Shown piece after piece: positions 28,146 to 35,860 of a DNA stretch of 36,061 nucleotides. The notes under the pieces are model-generated. The model was not told the DNA's origin, did not search any database, and saw only the letters and a program-made list of their open reading frames with translations. This DNA is from Candidatus Caldarchaeales archaeon (GTDB taxonomy: Archaea; Thermoproteota; Nitrososphaeria_A; Caldarchaeales; Wolframiiraptoraceae). Positions within the stretch are counted from its first letter, which is position 1, and each line of letters opens with the position of its first letter. The translations under genes and the position numbers were made by a program. The stretch is from positions 56,068 through 92,128 of the forward strand of contig JBCNVN010000003.1 of the NCBI GenBank assembly GCA_039630055.1, written 5' to 3'.

Positions 28146-28285
28146 TTCCCATCATCAATCCATCCAGGTTAACCGTTCTTCACGGCGTTGTATGGATGGA
28201 TTGATGGTATGTTGCAGGTACACATATTGAGGCTTCCCCCAACATGTTTCCCTACAACATGCCTGAGCCTTTTCCTGTCGGCTCC
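28075..28285 (-). ncRNA. Candidate structured non-coding RNA, family unassigned
   Basis: Nested helices: 28075-84/28276-85 (10 bp; G-U on the minus strand but A-C on the plus), 28092-96/28261-65, 28104-10/28119-25, 28133-40/28217-24, perfect 14 bp 28153-66/28193-206, 28173-76/28182-85, 28243-48/28256-61. Visibly more GC-rich than the flanks. Confidence 0.65.
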
Positions 28286-28307
28286 AATCAGATTCTATTT
28301 TATAGTC

Positions 28308-28322
28308 AAAAATAAGGTTTTC
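28308..28322 (-). promoter_or_regulatory. Putative BRE/TATA promoter for the candidate ncRNA
   Basis: Minus strand reads GAAAAC-CTTATTTT, with the TATA-like part ~24-31 nt upstream of the first paired G (28285), the usual archaeal spacing. Confidence 0.4.
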
Positions 28323-28496
28323 TATTTTTTGGGTTACCGGTAATACCTAGATATATTTCTGGATATTTTAATATCTAAAAGCCCTCAATATTATGATCGC
28401 TTAACAGGTTCTCCAATATCTCTATCAGATGGACTTCTCAATATTCATTATAATAAAACTTATCTATTATCCCATATAGATAGTTTATGAGATATT

Positions 28497-28730
28497 ATGG
28501 CGATATATGCATACATTCTACTCCGGTGTAGTATGGGGAAGTTGAAGAACGTAATCGAGGAAGCCAAGAGACTAGAGAAATTGAAGGCTGTCTATCCTGT
28601 TACTGGTAGATTCGATGCCATAATTGAGGTAGAAGTAGAAGATTTGAAACGGTTAGAAGATCTGGTAATCGACCATATCCAGAAGATCGATGGAGTAGAG
28701 AGGACGGAGACGCTTCTCTCTGTGGGGTGA
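28497..28730 (+). CDS. Stand-alone Lrp/AsnC ligand-binding (RAM) domain protein
   Basis: 77 aa; AYILL, VTGRFD, IDGVERTET; no HTH. Confidence 0.85.
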   Translation: MAIYAYILLRCSMGKLKNVIEEAKRLEKLKAVYPVTGRFDAIIEVEVEDLKRLEDLVIDHIQKIDGVERTETLLSVG

Positions 28731-28738
28731 GGGTGAAG

Positions 28739-28972
28739 ATGCCTATCCATGCTTATGTATTCATTAGAGTCGTGAAGGGTAATGCAAATGCTGTTTTGAA
28801 GGGAGTATCTAGAATCTCAGGGGTAAGGTCTGCTAGAATCGTAACTGGAAGATATGATATAGTGGCATTCGTGGAAGCTGATTCTCTCGAGGGTCTCGGT
28901 AGATTAGTCGCTACAAAGATCCATAGAGTTAGAGGTGTACAATCTACTGAGACAGCGGTAGTTACCATCTAA
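28739..28972 (+). CDS. Second stand-alone Lrp/AsnC ligand-binding (RAM) domain protein
   Basis: AYVFI, VTGRYD, VRGVQSTET; ATG 28739 preceded by GGTGA (the ORF track starts at GTG 28727). Confidence 0.85.
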   Translation: MPIHAYVFIRVVKGNANAVLKGVSRISGVRSARIVTGRYDIVAFVEADSLEGLGRLVATKIHRVRGVQSTETAVVTI

Positions 28973-29190
28973 CTTCCTTCATCTTTTTTATTGGTATAAT
29001 TGGATTGGGCCACGACACATAGCACCAGCATACTCCAGCAATATTTCAAATAATCCTTTAAGATATCTTGTTTGGATATCCAAAAATTTTCTAGAATAAT
29101 ATTGATAGAGAACAATCAAAAAATTTACATCGAGGTCATATACTCATTCCATTGATGATTTTCAATAAAGTATTGGAGAATACTAAATCC

Positions 29191-30615
29191 TTAAACCGAT
29201 ATGGATTTTTCTGCTATTTTATCTTCTCGAAAATATGAGATTATCGCGGCTACGATGTTCAACCCTGCAGAGGCTAGTAGTGCATTTTTTATTCCTTGAA
29301 CAAGATCTAGCAGTTCCATTAATTGTGATGGTTCTCCAACCTCTCTTCCATCTATAAATATTGAAAGATTACTAAATGAAGTTGTAGTAGTGATTATCGC
29401 TACAGAGAAAGGTATGCTCAAAGCTATGCTAGTATTTATTATAGTGCTCCTAATACCTGCAGCTACACCTCTTTTACTGTTTGGGACAGATGCCATTACG
29501 GAGCTCGCATTAGGGCTGCGGAATAAACCTACTCCAAGACCTGCTAAGACTAGGGCGATAAGAAGTAGATTGAGATCGATGTTGATTGATATATTGGATA
29601 GAGTTATAAGAGCTATACCTGTAAGTGCTAAACCTGATGTACATAGGATTCTAGACCCAATCCGGTCAGACATCCATCCACTGATCGGGCCAGCGAGGAT
29701 CAAGGTGAGGTCTAATGGTATCAGGCTTAAGCCAGCTTGGATAGGTGAGAGTCCAGCAACAATTTCAAGATATATTGAGACAAGAAAAGCTAGAGATGCA
29801 AAGGATATACCGTTCAATAGATTTGAGATATTTCCAATTGTGAATATCCTGATTCTAAATAGCTCGAAATCGATCATCGGATAGTTTTTTCTCCTCTCAA
29901 CAAAAAGGAAGATGAGGAATAAGATTGAGCTAAATATTATGAGGGATAAAGTTGTTGGAGAAGTTAAGGCTCCAGATGTTAAGCCTAATATTAGCAATGT
30001 CAGTGCGGTAGATAGCAATATCGCTCCAGTAAAATCGAACTTCTCCATAATGCTGAAAGAATAGTTTTCTTTCAACCTTGTCTTGGCCCAGATCCCTCCA
30101 AGTATTCCGATTGGAAAGTTTACTAAGAAGAGAGCTCTCCAACCATACAAGCTAATTATTACTCCACTCAAAGTATATCCAAGGATTGTCCCAGCATTTA
30201 TCGCCATCTGATTTAATCCCATTCCAGCACCAAGTCCACGTCCAGAAAAAGCATCTGTAACTATAGCCATAGAGTTTACGAATATTAGAGATGCTCCTAT
30301 TCCCTGTATCAATCTGAAAATTAGCAGTTGATATATATCGGTTGTTAGAGAGCATAGTAGTGAGCTTAATGCAAATATGAAGTACCCAAAAGAATAGAGT
30401 CTAACTCTTCCATATATATCTGAGATTCTACCGATAGGTATTAGCAGAATTGTAAGAGCGAGCCGATATATTGTGATTACCCAGCTTCCAGTAGCTAGAT
30501 CAGTATTAAGATCGTTAATAACTATTGGTAAGCCGACTACGAGTAAGCTTGCATCAAAAGATGTCATAAAGACTCCTATAGTCGTAACGGTGAGTACACC
30601 CCAACGCTTTTCCAT
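29191..30615 (-). CDS. MFS transporter, DHA2/EmrB-like (14 TM)
   Basis: Motif A GRISDIYGR and GWMSDRIGSR, RLIQGIG, GWRALFLVNFPIG. Confidence 0.9.
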   Translation of the reverse strand: MEKRWGVLTVTTIGVFMTSFDASLLVVGLPIVINDLNTDLATGSWVITIYRLALTILLIPIGRISDIYGRVRLYSFGYFIFALSSLLCSLTTDIYQLLIFRLIQGIGASLIFVNSMAIVTDAFSGRGLGAGMGLNQMAINAGTILGYTLSGVIISLYGWRALFLVNFPIGILGGIWAKTRLKENYSFSIMEKFDFTGAILLSTALTLLILGLTSGALTSPTTLSLIIFSSILFLIFLFVERRKNYPMIDFELFRIRIFTIGNISNLLNGISFASLAFLVSIYLEIVAGLSPIQAGLSLIPLDLTLILAGPISGWMSDRIGSRILCTSGLALTGIALITLSNISINIDLNLLLIALVLAGLGVGLFRSPNASSVMASVPNSKRGVAAGIRSTIINTSIALSIPFSVAIITTTTSFSNLSIFIDGREVGEPSQLMELLDLVQGIKNALLASAGLNIVAAIISYFREDKIAEKSISV

Positions 30616-30713
30616 CCCAGTAAACTACATAGAGGTAGCTAAAAATGATTATAATAAAGAGATATGAAAAGTTTAGGTGGAGAGAAGATATTTCATTGCA
30701 TCTCTCAGGCTTT

Positions 30714-31520
30714 CTAGATCATGGATTTAGGGATATCTTGTGGTTTAAATGCTATCCTAGGCTTCATCTTCCTCTTCTCTAATAGCTCGATAACATGAGA
30801 ATATAATATGACGTACTCTTCATCTATGCACTTTGAGAGAGTAGGATCAATATTTGAAATTCTTTCTTTAAGCTTGTCATAATCTTTCGGCTCACTAAAG
30901 CTGAGCATAACAGCTGGATAGACTTTCTCACAAGGTTTTGCACCCGCTTCGATCAAGTTTTCTAGAGCCTTCAGCTGTAGGTCAAAATATTCTGGTCTTG
31001 CAAGTGTAATTTTATGGAAATCAGTTCTGTTACATCCTTTCAATGAGACTCTAACCACTAAACATCTATACTTTACTAGCTGTTTTGCGTAATCAGGTTC
31101 GCTTCCAATAATTATACCATTGGTCTCCAATATGAACTCGAGTCCACTATTCTCAAAGAATTTCAAGAGGTCAAGAAGATGTTCTTTAGATATTGTAGGC
31201 TCCCCACCGCTTAGTCTAACCATTCTAAGATTAGATCTATGAATGATATTCCACAGATTCTTGTATGCTGAGTGGGGAGAGAGGTAGAATCCTCCAACCA
31301 TTATGTGGCTTGCAGACCTCCAGCTCCAACACATTCCACATCTAAGATTACATCCTACAACATCTCCTGTAGCGATGCCACCATACCATCTATCTCTCCT
31401 AAATCTATAATATTTTCTCTCTTCTATGCCTTGTGTCTTCCTAGTAACCTTCTCTCTTACTTTTTCCGTTAACTTTATTGGATTGTATCCTTCTACTACT
31501 TCCTCCAAATTCATCACCAC
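30714..31520 (-). CDS. Radical SAM protein of unknown function
   Basis: CNLRCGMC (CxxxCxxC), RLSGGEP, ILETNG, RVSLKG. Confidence 0.88.
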   Translation of the reverse strand: MVMNLEEVVEGYNPIKLTEKVREKVTRKTQGIEERKYYRFRRDRWYGGIATGDVVGCNLRCGMCWSWRSASHIMVGGFYLSPHSAYKNLWNIIHRSNLRMVRLSGGEPTISKEHLLDLLKFFENSGLEFILETNGIIIGSEPDYAKQLVKYRCLVVRVSLKGCNRTDFHKITLARPEYFDLQLKALENLIEAGAKPCEKVYPAVMLSFSEPKDYDKLKERISNIDPTLSKCIDEEYVILYSHVIELLEKRKMKPRIAFKPQDIPKSMI

Positions 31521-32444
31521 CTACTTCTTTATCAATTTTAGAGGATCTTTTCCACGACACAAATATTCTGCACCATAAAGATAAGCTGCTGTCTGGAACC
31601 ATCCAGCCACATATCCAAATAATCTAAAAAGATTGTAGGTAATGCATTCTCCAAGTATTCTACAATCTCTGTCTAGGAAGCATCTCGACTTCATACATAG
31701 GGTTTTAACCGGGGTCTTATACTTTGGGCTGATTATCCCTAAATATTTTCCAATATATAGTAGATGTCTATCTACCTGGCTTAAATTTGATAAGCCTAGC
31801 GAGAATAGCCCCCAGCCATGCACGACTTTTGGGCCACAATATTTTATGGATAGCATCTTTTTCCGAATATCGAGAAACTCCCCTAACATGTTCATTTTTT
31901 CAAAATCATTTAGATAGTACAATGATGTAATCTCATCTTTAACCTCTTTCAATTGTCTTAACTGGTAGCTATTACCAACATAGTCTAGATTGACAGAGCT
32001 CAACTTTTCTTCAGTACTAGCCATCTTCAATATTTTCTTCATCCACCTAACAGTATTATTGTGATAATCAGTATTTCTCGATAAGAAGACTGTGTACAAG
32101 ATAGCTATCTTATCCCATGGGTCGATAGAAATTCCAAGACCTGGGAAAAACTCTAGAAACTTTTCCAAAATGTTTCTGGCATTTCTACCAACTGTTTGGA
32201 TTTCATAGTGGGGATTGAACCATGCACCACTTAACCTAGTAGCCTCTAACAGGCTTCCACCTTTAAACTTTAGAGATCCACCCTCTATCCAAATCTTTAG
32301 ACCCCTACTCCTTCCATACGATTTAACATACTTATCTCCAATCTTATCAAATAATGGGAGTGTAAAAGATGCATCTAGAGTTTGATCTAGACTAAACTCG
32401 CTCCATACCTCTAAAGTACCCTCAGTAGATGAAGCTTTCATCAT
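31521..32444 (-). CDS. HhH-GPD DNA glycosylase-superfamily-like protein with a C-terminal 4-Cys cluster
   Basis: VFLSRNTD (cf. EndoIII ILSxxT), HhH-like LSIKYCGPKV, VDRH (catalytic Asp position), C-x4-C-x5-C-x5-C. Confidence 0.65.
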   Translation of the reverse strand: MMKASSTEGTLEVWSEFSLDQTLDASFTLPLFDKIGDKYVKSYGRSRGLKIWIEGGSLKFKGGSLLEATRLSGAWFNPHYEIQTVGRNARNILEKFLEFFPGLGISIDPWDKIAILYTVFLSRNTDYHNNTVRWMKKILKMASTEEKLSSVNLDYVGNSYQLRQLKEVKDEITSLYYLNDFEKMNMLGEFLDIRKKMLSIKYCGPKVVHGWGLFSLGLSNLSQVDRHLLYIGKYLGIISPKYKTPVKTLCMKSRCFLDRDCRILGECITYNLFRLFGYVAGWFQTAAYLYGAEYLCRGKDPLKLIKK

Positions 32445-32980
32445 GGAATAATCCTTGGTTTAGGAGGCGTTGGACCTCTCTGATTATGGTATCTACCCCT
32501 ATATGGTTTCTGGGCTGGAGATGATAGTTTAACAAATATTATCTGAACTATTTTTGCACCTCTACGTATCTTGATTGGGAACGGTCCGCCTATCAACTCG
32601 ATGGTTAATTCTCCTTCTGATCCAGCATTAACTATTGTAGGAGGTATACTAAGACCTAGCCTCGCATAGGTACTCTTTAAGTTTACGAACCCCATAATGT
32701 TTACTGGAATTTTTAGATACTCTTGACTCGTCAGCAATATATGTTCCCTAGGCTCTATAATAAACTCTTCATCCTCCTCTAATGTATAGTATTCTTTTAG
32801 ATCATCTAGTTTTTCAGAATCGAGGACCTCATTAGAACTCTTCAATCTAATTATTTTACTACCTATCCTTAGGTCTAGACTGTTGGAGCCTACTAGATTA
32901 TTCTCTATAATGTCCGAGCTTGGAGTCACCAGCCATCCCTTGGAGATATAATCCAGTATCTCTTTATCACTCAGGATCAT
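32441..32980 (-). CDS. dcd: dCTP deaminase/dUTPase family protein with a deviant motif
   Basis: MILSDKEI, NSLDLR, KSTYARLG, GELTIE, IVQIIF, PYRGRYxxQ. Confidence 0.85.
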   Translation of the reverse strand: MILSDKEILDYISKGWLVTPSSDIIENNLVGSNSLDLRIGSKIIRLKSSNEVLDSEKLDDLKEYYTLEEDEEFIIEPREHILLTSQEYLKIPVNIMGFVNLKSTYARLGLSIPPTIVNAGSEGELTIELIGGPFPIKIRRGAKIVQIIFVKLSSPAQKPYRGRYHNQRGPTPPKPRIIP

Positions 32981-33189
32981 AAACCCACTTAAACCTCTAA
33001 AAGCATTAGATAATGATGAAATTTAAGATTAATTCTCCTTGAGAAACATCTTTATTAAGTGGAGACAGAAAGACATATACAATCTTGCTAGCATGGTAGA
33101 CATATATGCTAAACCTGTCTACAGAGACCAATCTAACTATATTAGAGTATAGAAAAAAGTTAATCTATTATTTATCGAGATTATGATCA

Positions 33190-34068
33190 GTGTTGAAGAG
33201 TACTCGACTAATCCGGATTTTCGATCCATGGAGAAGTAGTCTTTGTACCTGCCCTCCTAAGTATTCCTTCGATCCATATACTGGATGCTCCCATAGATGT
33301 TTGTATTGTTATGCTTCCTCCTATGTTAAAGATTTCTATAATTGTAGACCTAAAAAGAACCTAATTAAAATCGTTAGGAGAGATTTAGAGGATCTTCCTG
33401 AGGATATTCTGATCTCTATGTCCAATAGTTCTGATCCTTATCCTCGGATAGAGAGAGAATTAGAACTTACAAGAAAGTGTCTTGAAGAATTTAAGAACTT
33501 TAACTTAAGAATACTTATCATAACTAAGAGCAATCTCGTTGTTAGAGATATAGACCTATTAAAAGAGCTGAAGGCGGCCGTAACAATAACCATTACTACT
33601 CTCGATAAATCGCTAGCTAGAAAGATAGAGCCTTTGGCACCCTCACCTTCAGAAAGGCTTGAAGCATTATCAATACTTTCAGAAGAGCGTATTGGTATAG
33701 GATTAAGACTAGACCCGATAATACCTTTCATAAATGATGGCTATAAAGAATTGTTAAAGGAGGCTAGAGACGTAGGAGTAAAGCATGTAGTATCCAGTAC
33801 ATTTAAACCTAGATATGATAGCTGGAGGAGGATCTCAAATGTATTTCCAGATATACGAGAAAAATTAGAGAGAATATACTATTCGGAGGGTGAGAGGATT
33901 GGGAGAAGCTGGTATGCATCCAGAGAGCTTAGATTCAAGATTATGAAGGATTTGGCTGAACAATGTAGAAAGCTCGGGTTAAGTTTTGCAACATGTAGAG
34001 AAGGTTTTAGAGAACTCCATAGTTCTCGGACTTGTGATGGTAGCCACCTGATAGAGGCGGTAAGATAA
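33190..34068 (+). CDS. Radical SAM protein, spore photoproduct lyase (SplB)-like family
   Basis: DPYTGCSHRCLYCYA, SNSSDPYP..E, ITKS, EP.APSP.ERL, RLDPIIP; extra CTC at the N-terminus and C-terminal Cys residues. Confidence 0.85.
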   Translation: MLKSTRLIRIFDPWRSSLCTCPPKYSFDPYTGCSHRCLYCYASSYVKDFYNCRPKKNLIKIVRRDLEDLPEDILISMSNSSDPYPRIERELELTRKCLEEFKNFNLRILIITKSNLVVRDIDLLKELKAAVTITITTLDKSLARKIEPLAPSPSERLEALSILSEERIGIGLRLDPIIPFINDGYKELLKEARDVGVKHVVSSTFKPRYDSWRRISNVFPDIREKLERIYYSEGERIGRSWYASRELRFKIMKDLAEQCRKLGLSFATCREGFRELHSSRTCDGSHLIEAVR

Positions 34069-34095
34069 TATGAGGATCTTTCCCATTTCAAGATA

Positions 34096-34758
34096 TTATC
34101 TCACCCTCCACACATCTACTTTGAACATTTTATATCTTAGAAATTCTCTTCCAGCCCACCTCGTATCTGGTGGATTATCCACAACATCCTCTTTTGGAAA
34201 TCTGGCTATATAGGGTTCTTCTTCTCTATCAACTGGATTGAATACCTTCTTGTCTTCATCCATAATCCATCCTCTAAAATATATCTCAATCTTCTCAGCT
34301 TCGGGATCTAGTCTCACAGTAAAATATGCTCTCTTAACATCATATCCATACACCTCACTTGAAAAAATTTCTATTATACTTGAGTTTAATGGATCTATTA
34401 TTTCAAAACTATCTGATACACCTATTATATGTTGAAAACTCTCGATTCTATACTGTATGAATTTTGCACCTTTAAGAACTAATAATACACCTGAGGCCAG
34501 CTCGTAACCTTTAGGTCCAGGCTCACTACTATTGTTAATTAGTATAATATTAAAATTCAATTCATCATCATCTACACAGTTTTCGACTATGCTATCCTCT
34601 GAGATCTTAACCATCTCATCATCTTTACACATTATCTCTAATATTATAATCGGCTTTGGATATAGTTCATCCACTAGCTGGGAAGAGTCTTGTGAAACCA
34701 GTAGATAGATTAGTACAACTGTAAAAAATATCAATAGAATCTTTCCCAACTTCAACAT
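34096..34758 (-). CDS. Hypothetical secreted/membrane-anchored protein
   Basis: Basic N-terminus and hydrophobic helix (KILLIFFTVVLIYLLV), followed by an acidic, beta-rich-looking domain. Confidence 0.6.
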   Translation of the reverse strand: MLKLGKILLIFFTVVLIYLLVSQDSSQLVDELYPKPIIILEIMCKDDEMVKISEDSIVENCVDDDELNFNIILINNSSEPGPKGYELASGVLLVLKGAKFIQYRIESFQHIIGVSDSFEIIDPLNSSIIEIFSSEVYGYDVKRAYFTVRLDPEAEKIEIYFRGWIMDEDKKVFNPVDREEEPYIARFPKEDVVDNPPDTRWAGREFLRYKMFKVDVWRVR

Positions 34759-34852
34759 CCATCAAGGATTATCTTCCCCTATAGTATATAGAGATTCTCT
34801 CTAAATTAGATCCTGAATATCGTTCAGACCGGATCTCGATGTATTCTCTATC

Positions 34853-35860
34853 CTAGATCCATCTCTTCCTCCTAAAGTAGAATACCATCCATAATCCGAC
34901 TCCAGACATAACCATTAGGACTGCGGGATATCCCCAGATCATCTCCAACTCTGGCATATACTTGAAATTCATCCCGTATATTCCTGCGATGAAGGTTAGA
35001 GGCATGAAGATCGTGGCTATCATTGTTAAGATTTTCATGATTTCATTAAGCTTAGTACTAACTGCTGAGAAGTATATATCCAGCATGTCTGAAAGTGTTA
35101 TATGGAGCATTTCAACATTCTCTATGACAGTTACAACGTGATCGTAGAGATCTCTGAAGTAGGGGATTGTCTGCTCTCTAATAAATCTGTATGTGGCCCT
35201 CTCCAATCTTCCCACAACTTCTCTTAAAGGCCAAAGATTCTTCTGCATCTGGATCAGGTCCCTCTTTAATTTGTGGATCGATTGGAGTATTCTCGAAGAT
35301 GGATTAGAAGTTAGCTCATCTTCAATATTCTGAATATATTCTTCAATCTTCTCAAGAATATAAAAATAGCTATCTACTACCGAATCCATCATTAGATAGA
35401 TCAGATAGTCTACATACATTTTTCTTACTATTCCTCTCGAGAATTTGATCTGATCTTTAATGTTATCTAATATTTCACTCGCTTCTTCTTGGAATGTAAT
35501 TACCGTGTCTGAGCTTAAGACTATGCTTAATTGTTTTGAAAATAATTCTTCCTCTGGGCCATAGTTAAACATTCTCAAAACTATGTAAGTATAATCATAG
35601 AATTCTTCTATCTTTGCTCTCTGATCAAGTCTCAATATATCTTCAAGAGTTAATTCATGTATCTTGAAATTTTCTGCTAGCCTCATTATGCTCTCTCTAT
35701 CTTTGAGACCAACCACTTGTATCCATCTAAACTTCTGCATATTTATGAGAGGTTTACACTCGTCAACCTTCTTTAAAACCTCTTCTTTGAAAGAATCCTC
35801 ATCGTACTCTATTAACCTGATCTCTGTATCCATTAAATTTTCCAATGTCCCATTCTCCAA
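34853..35860 (-). CDS. corA: Magnesium/cobalt transporter CorA
   Basis: IHELTLEDI, QRAKIEE, YFRDLYDH, YGMNFKYMPEL signature between two C-terminal TM helices. Confidence 0.95.
   Translation of the reverse strand: MENGTLENLMDTEIRLIEYDEDSFKEEVLKKVDECKPLINMQKFRWIQVVGLKDRESIMRLAENFKIHELTLEDILRLDQRAKIEEFYDYTYIVLRMFNYGPEEELFSKQLSIVLSSDTVITFQEEASEILDNIKDQIKFSRGIVRKMYVDYLIYLMMDSVVDSYFYILEKIEEYIQNIEDELTSNPSSRILQSIHKLKRDLIQMQKNLWPLREVVGRLERATYRFIREQTIPYFRDLYDHVVTVIENVEMLHITLSDMLDIYFSAVSTKLNEIMKILTMIATIFMPLTFIAGIYGMNFKYMPELEMIWGYPAVLMVMSGVGLWMVFYFRRKRWI

Noticed and set aside
28074-28286. tRNA, SRP RNA, RNase P RNA, cobalamin riboswitch or H/ACA identity for the structured element
   Set aside because: The ends resemble a tRNA acceptor stem (GGAGCCG...UGGCUCCA) but there are no D or T arms. 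No SRP helix 8 and no RNase P P4 consensus. AGGGAA/GGGAAG are present but the rest of the B12 element is not. An ACA follows one stem, but no K-turn is evident.
33013-33075. ATGATGA box C-like motif in the divergent intergenic region
   Set aside because: No CTGA box D at a suitable distance; it also sits where the dcd promoter is expected.
34808-34836. Imperfect inverted repeat AGATCC-TGAA...TTCA-GACC-GGATCT after corA
   Set aside because: Short, bulged and without a T-tract; insufficient to call a terminator.
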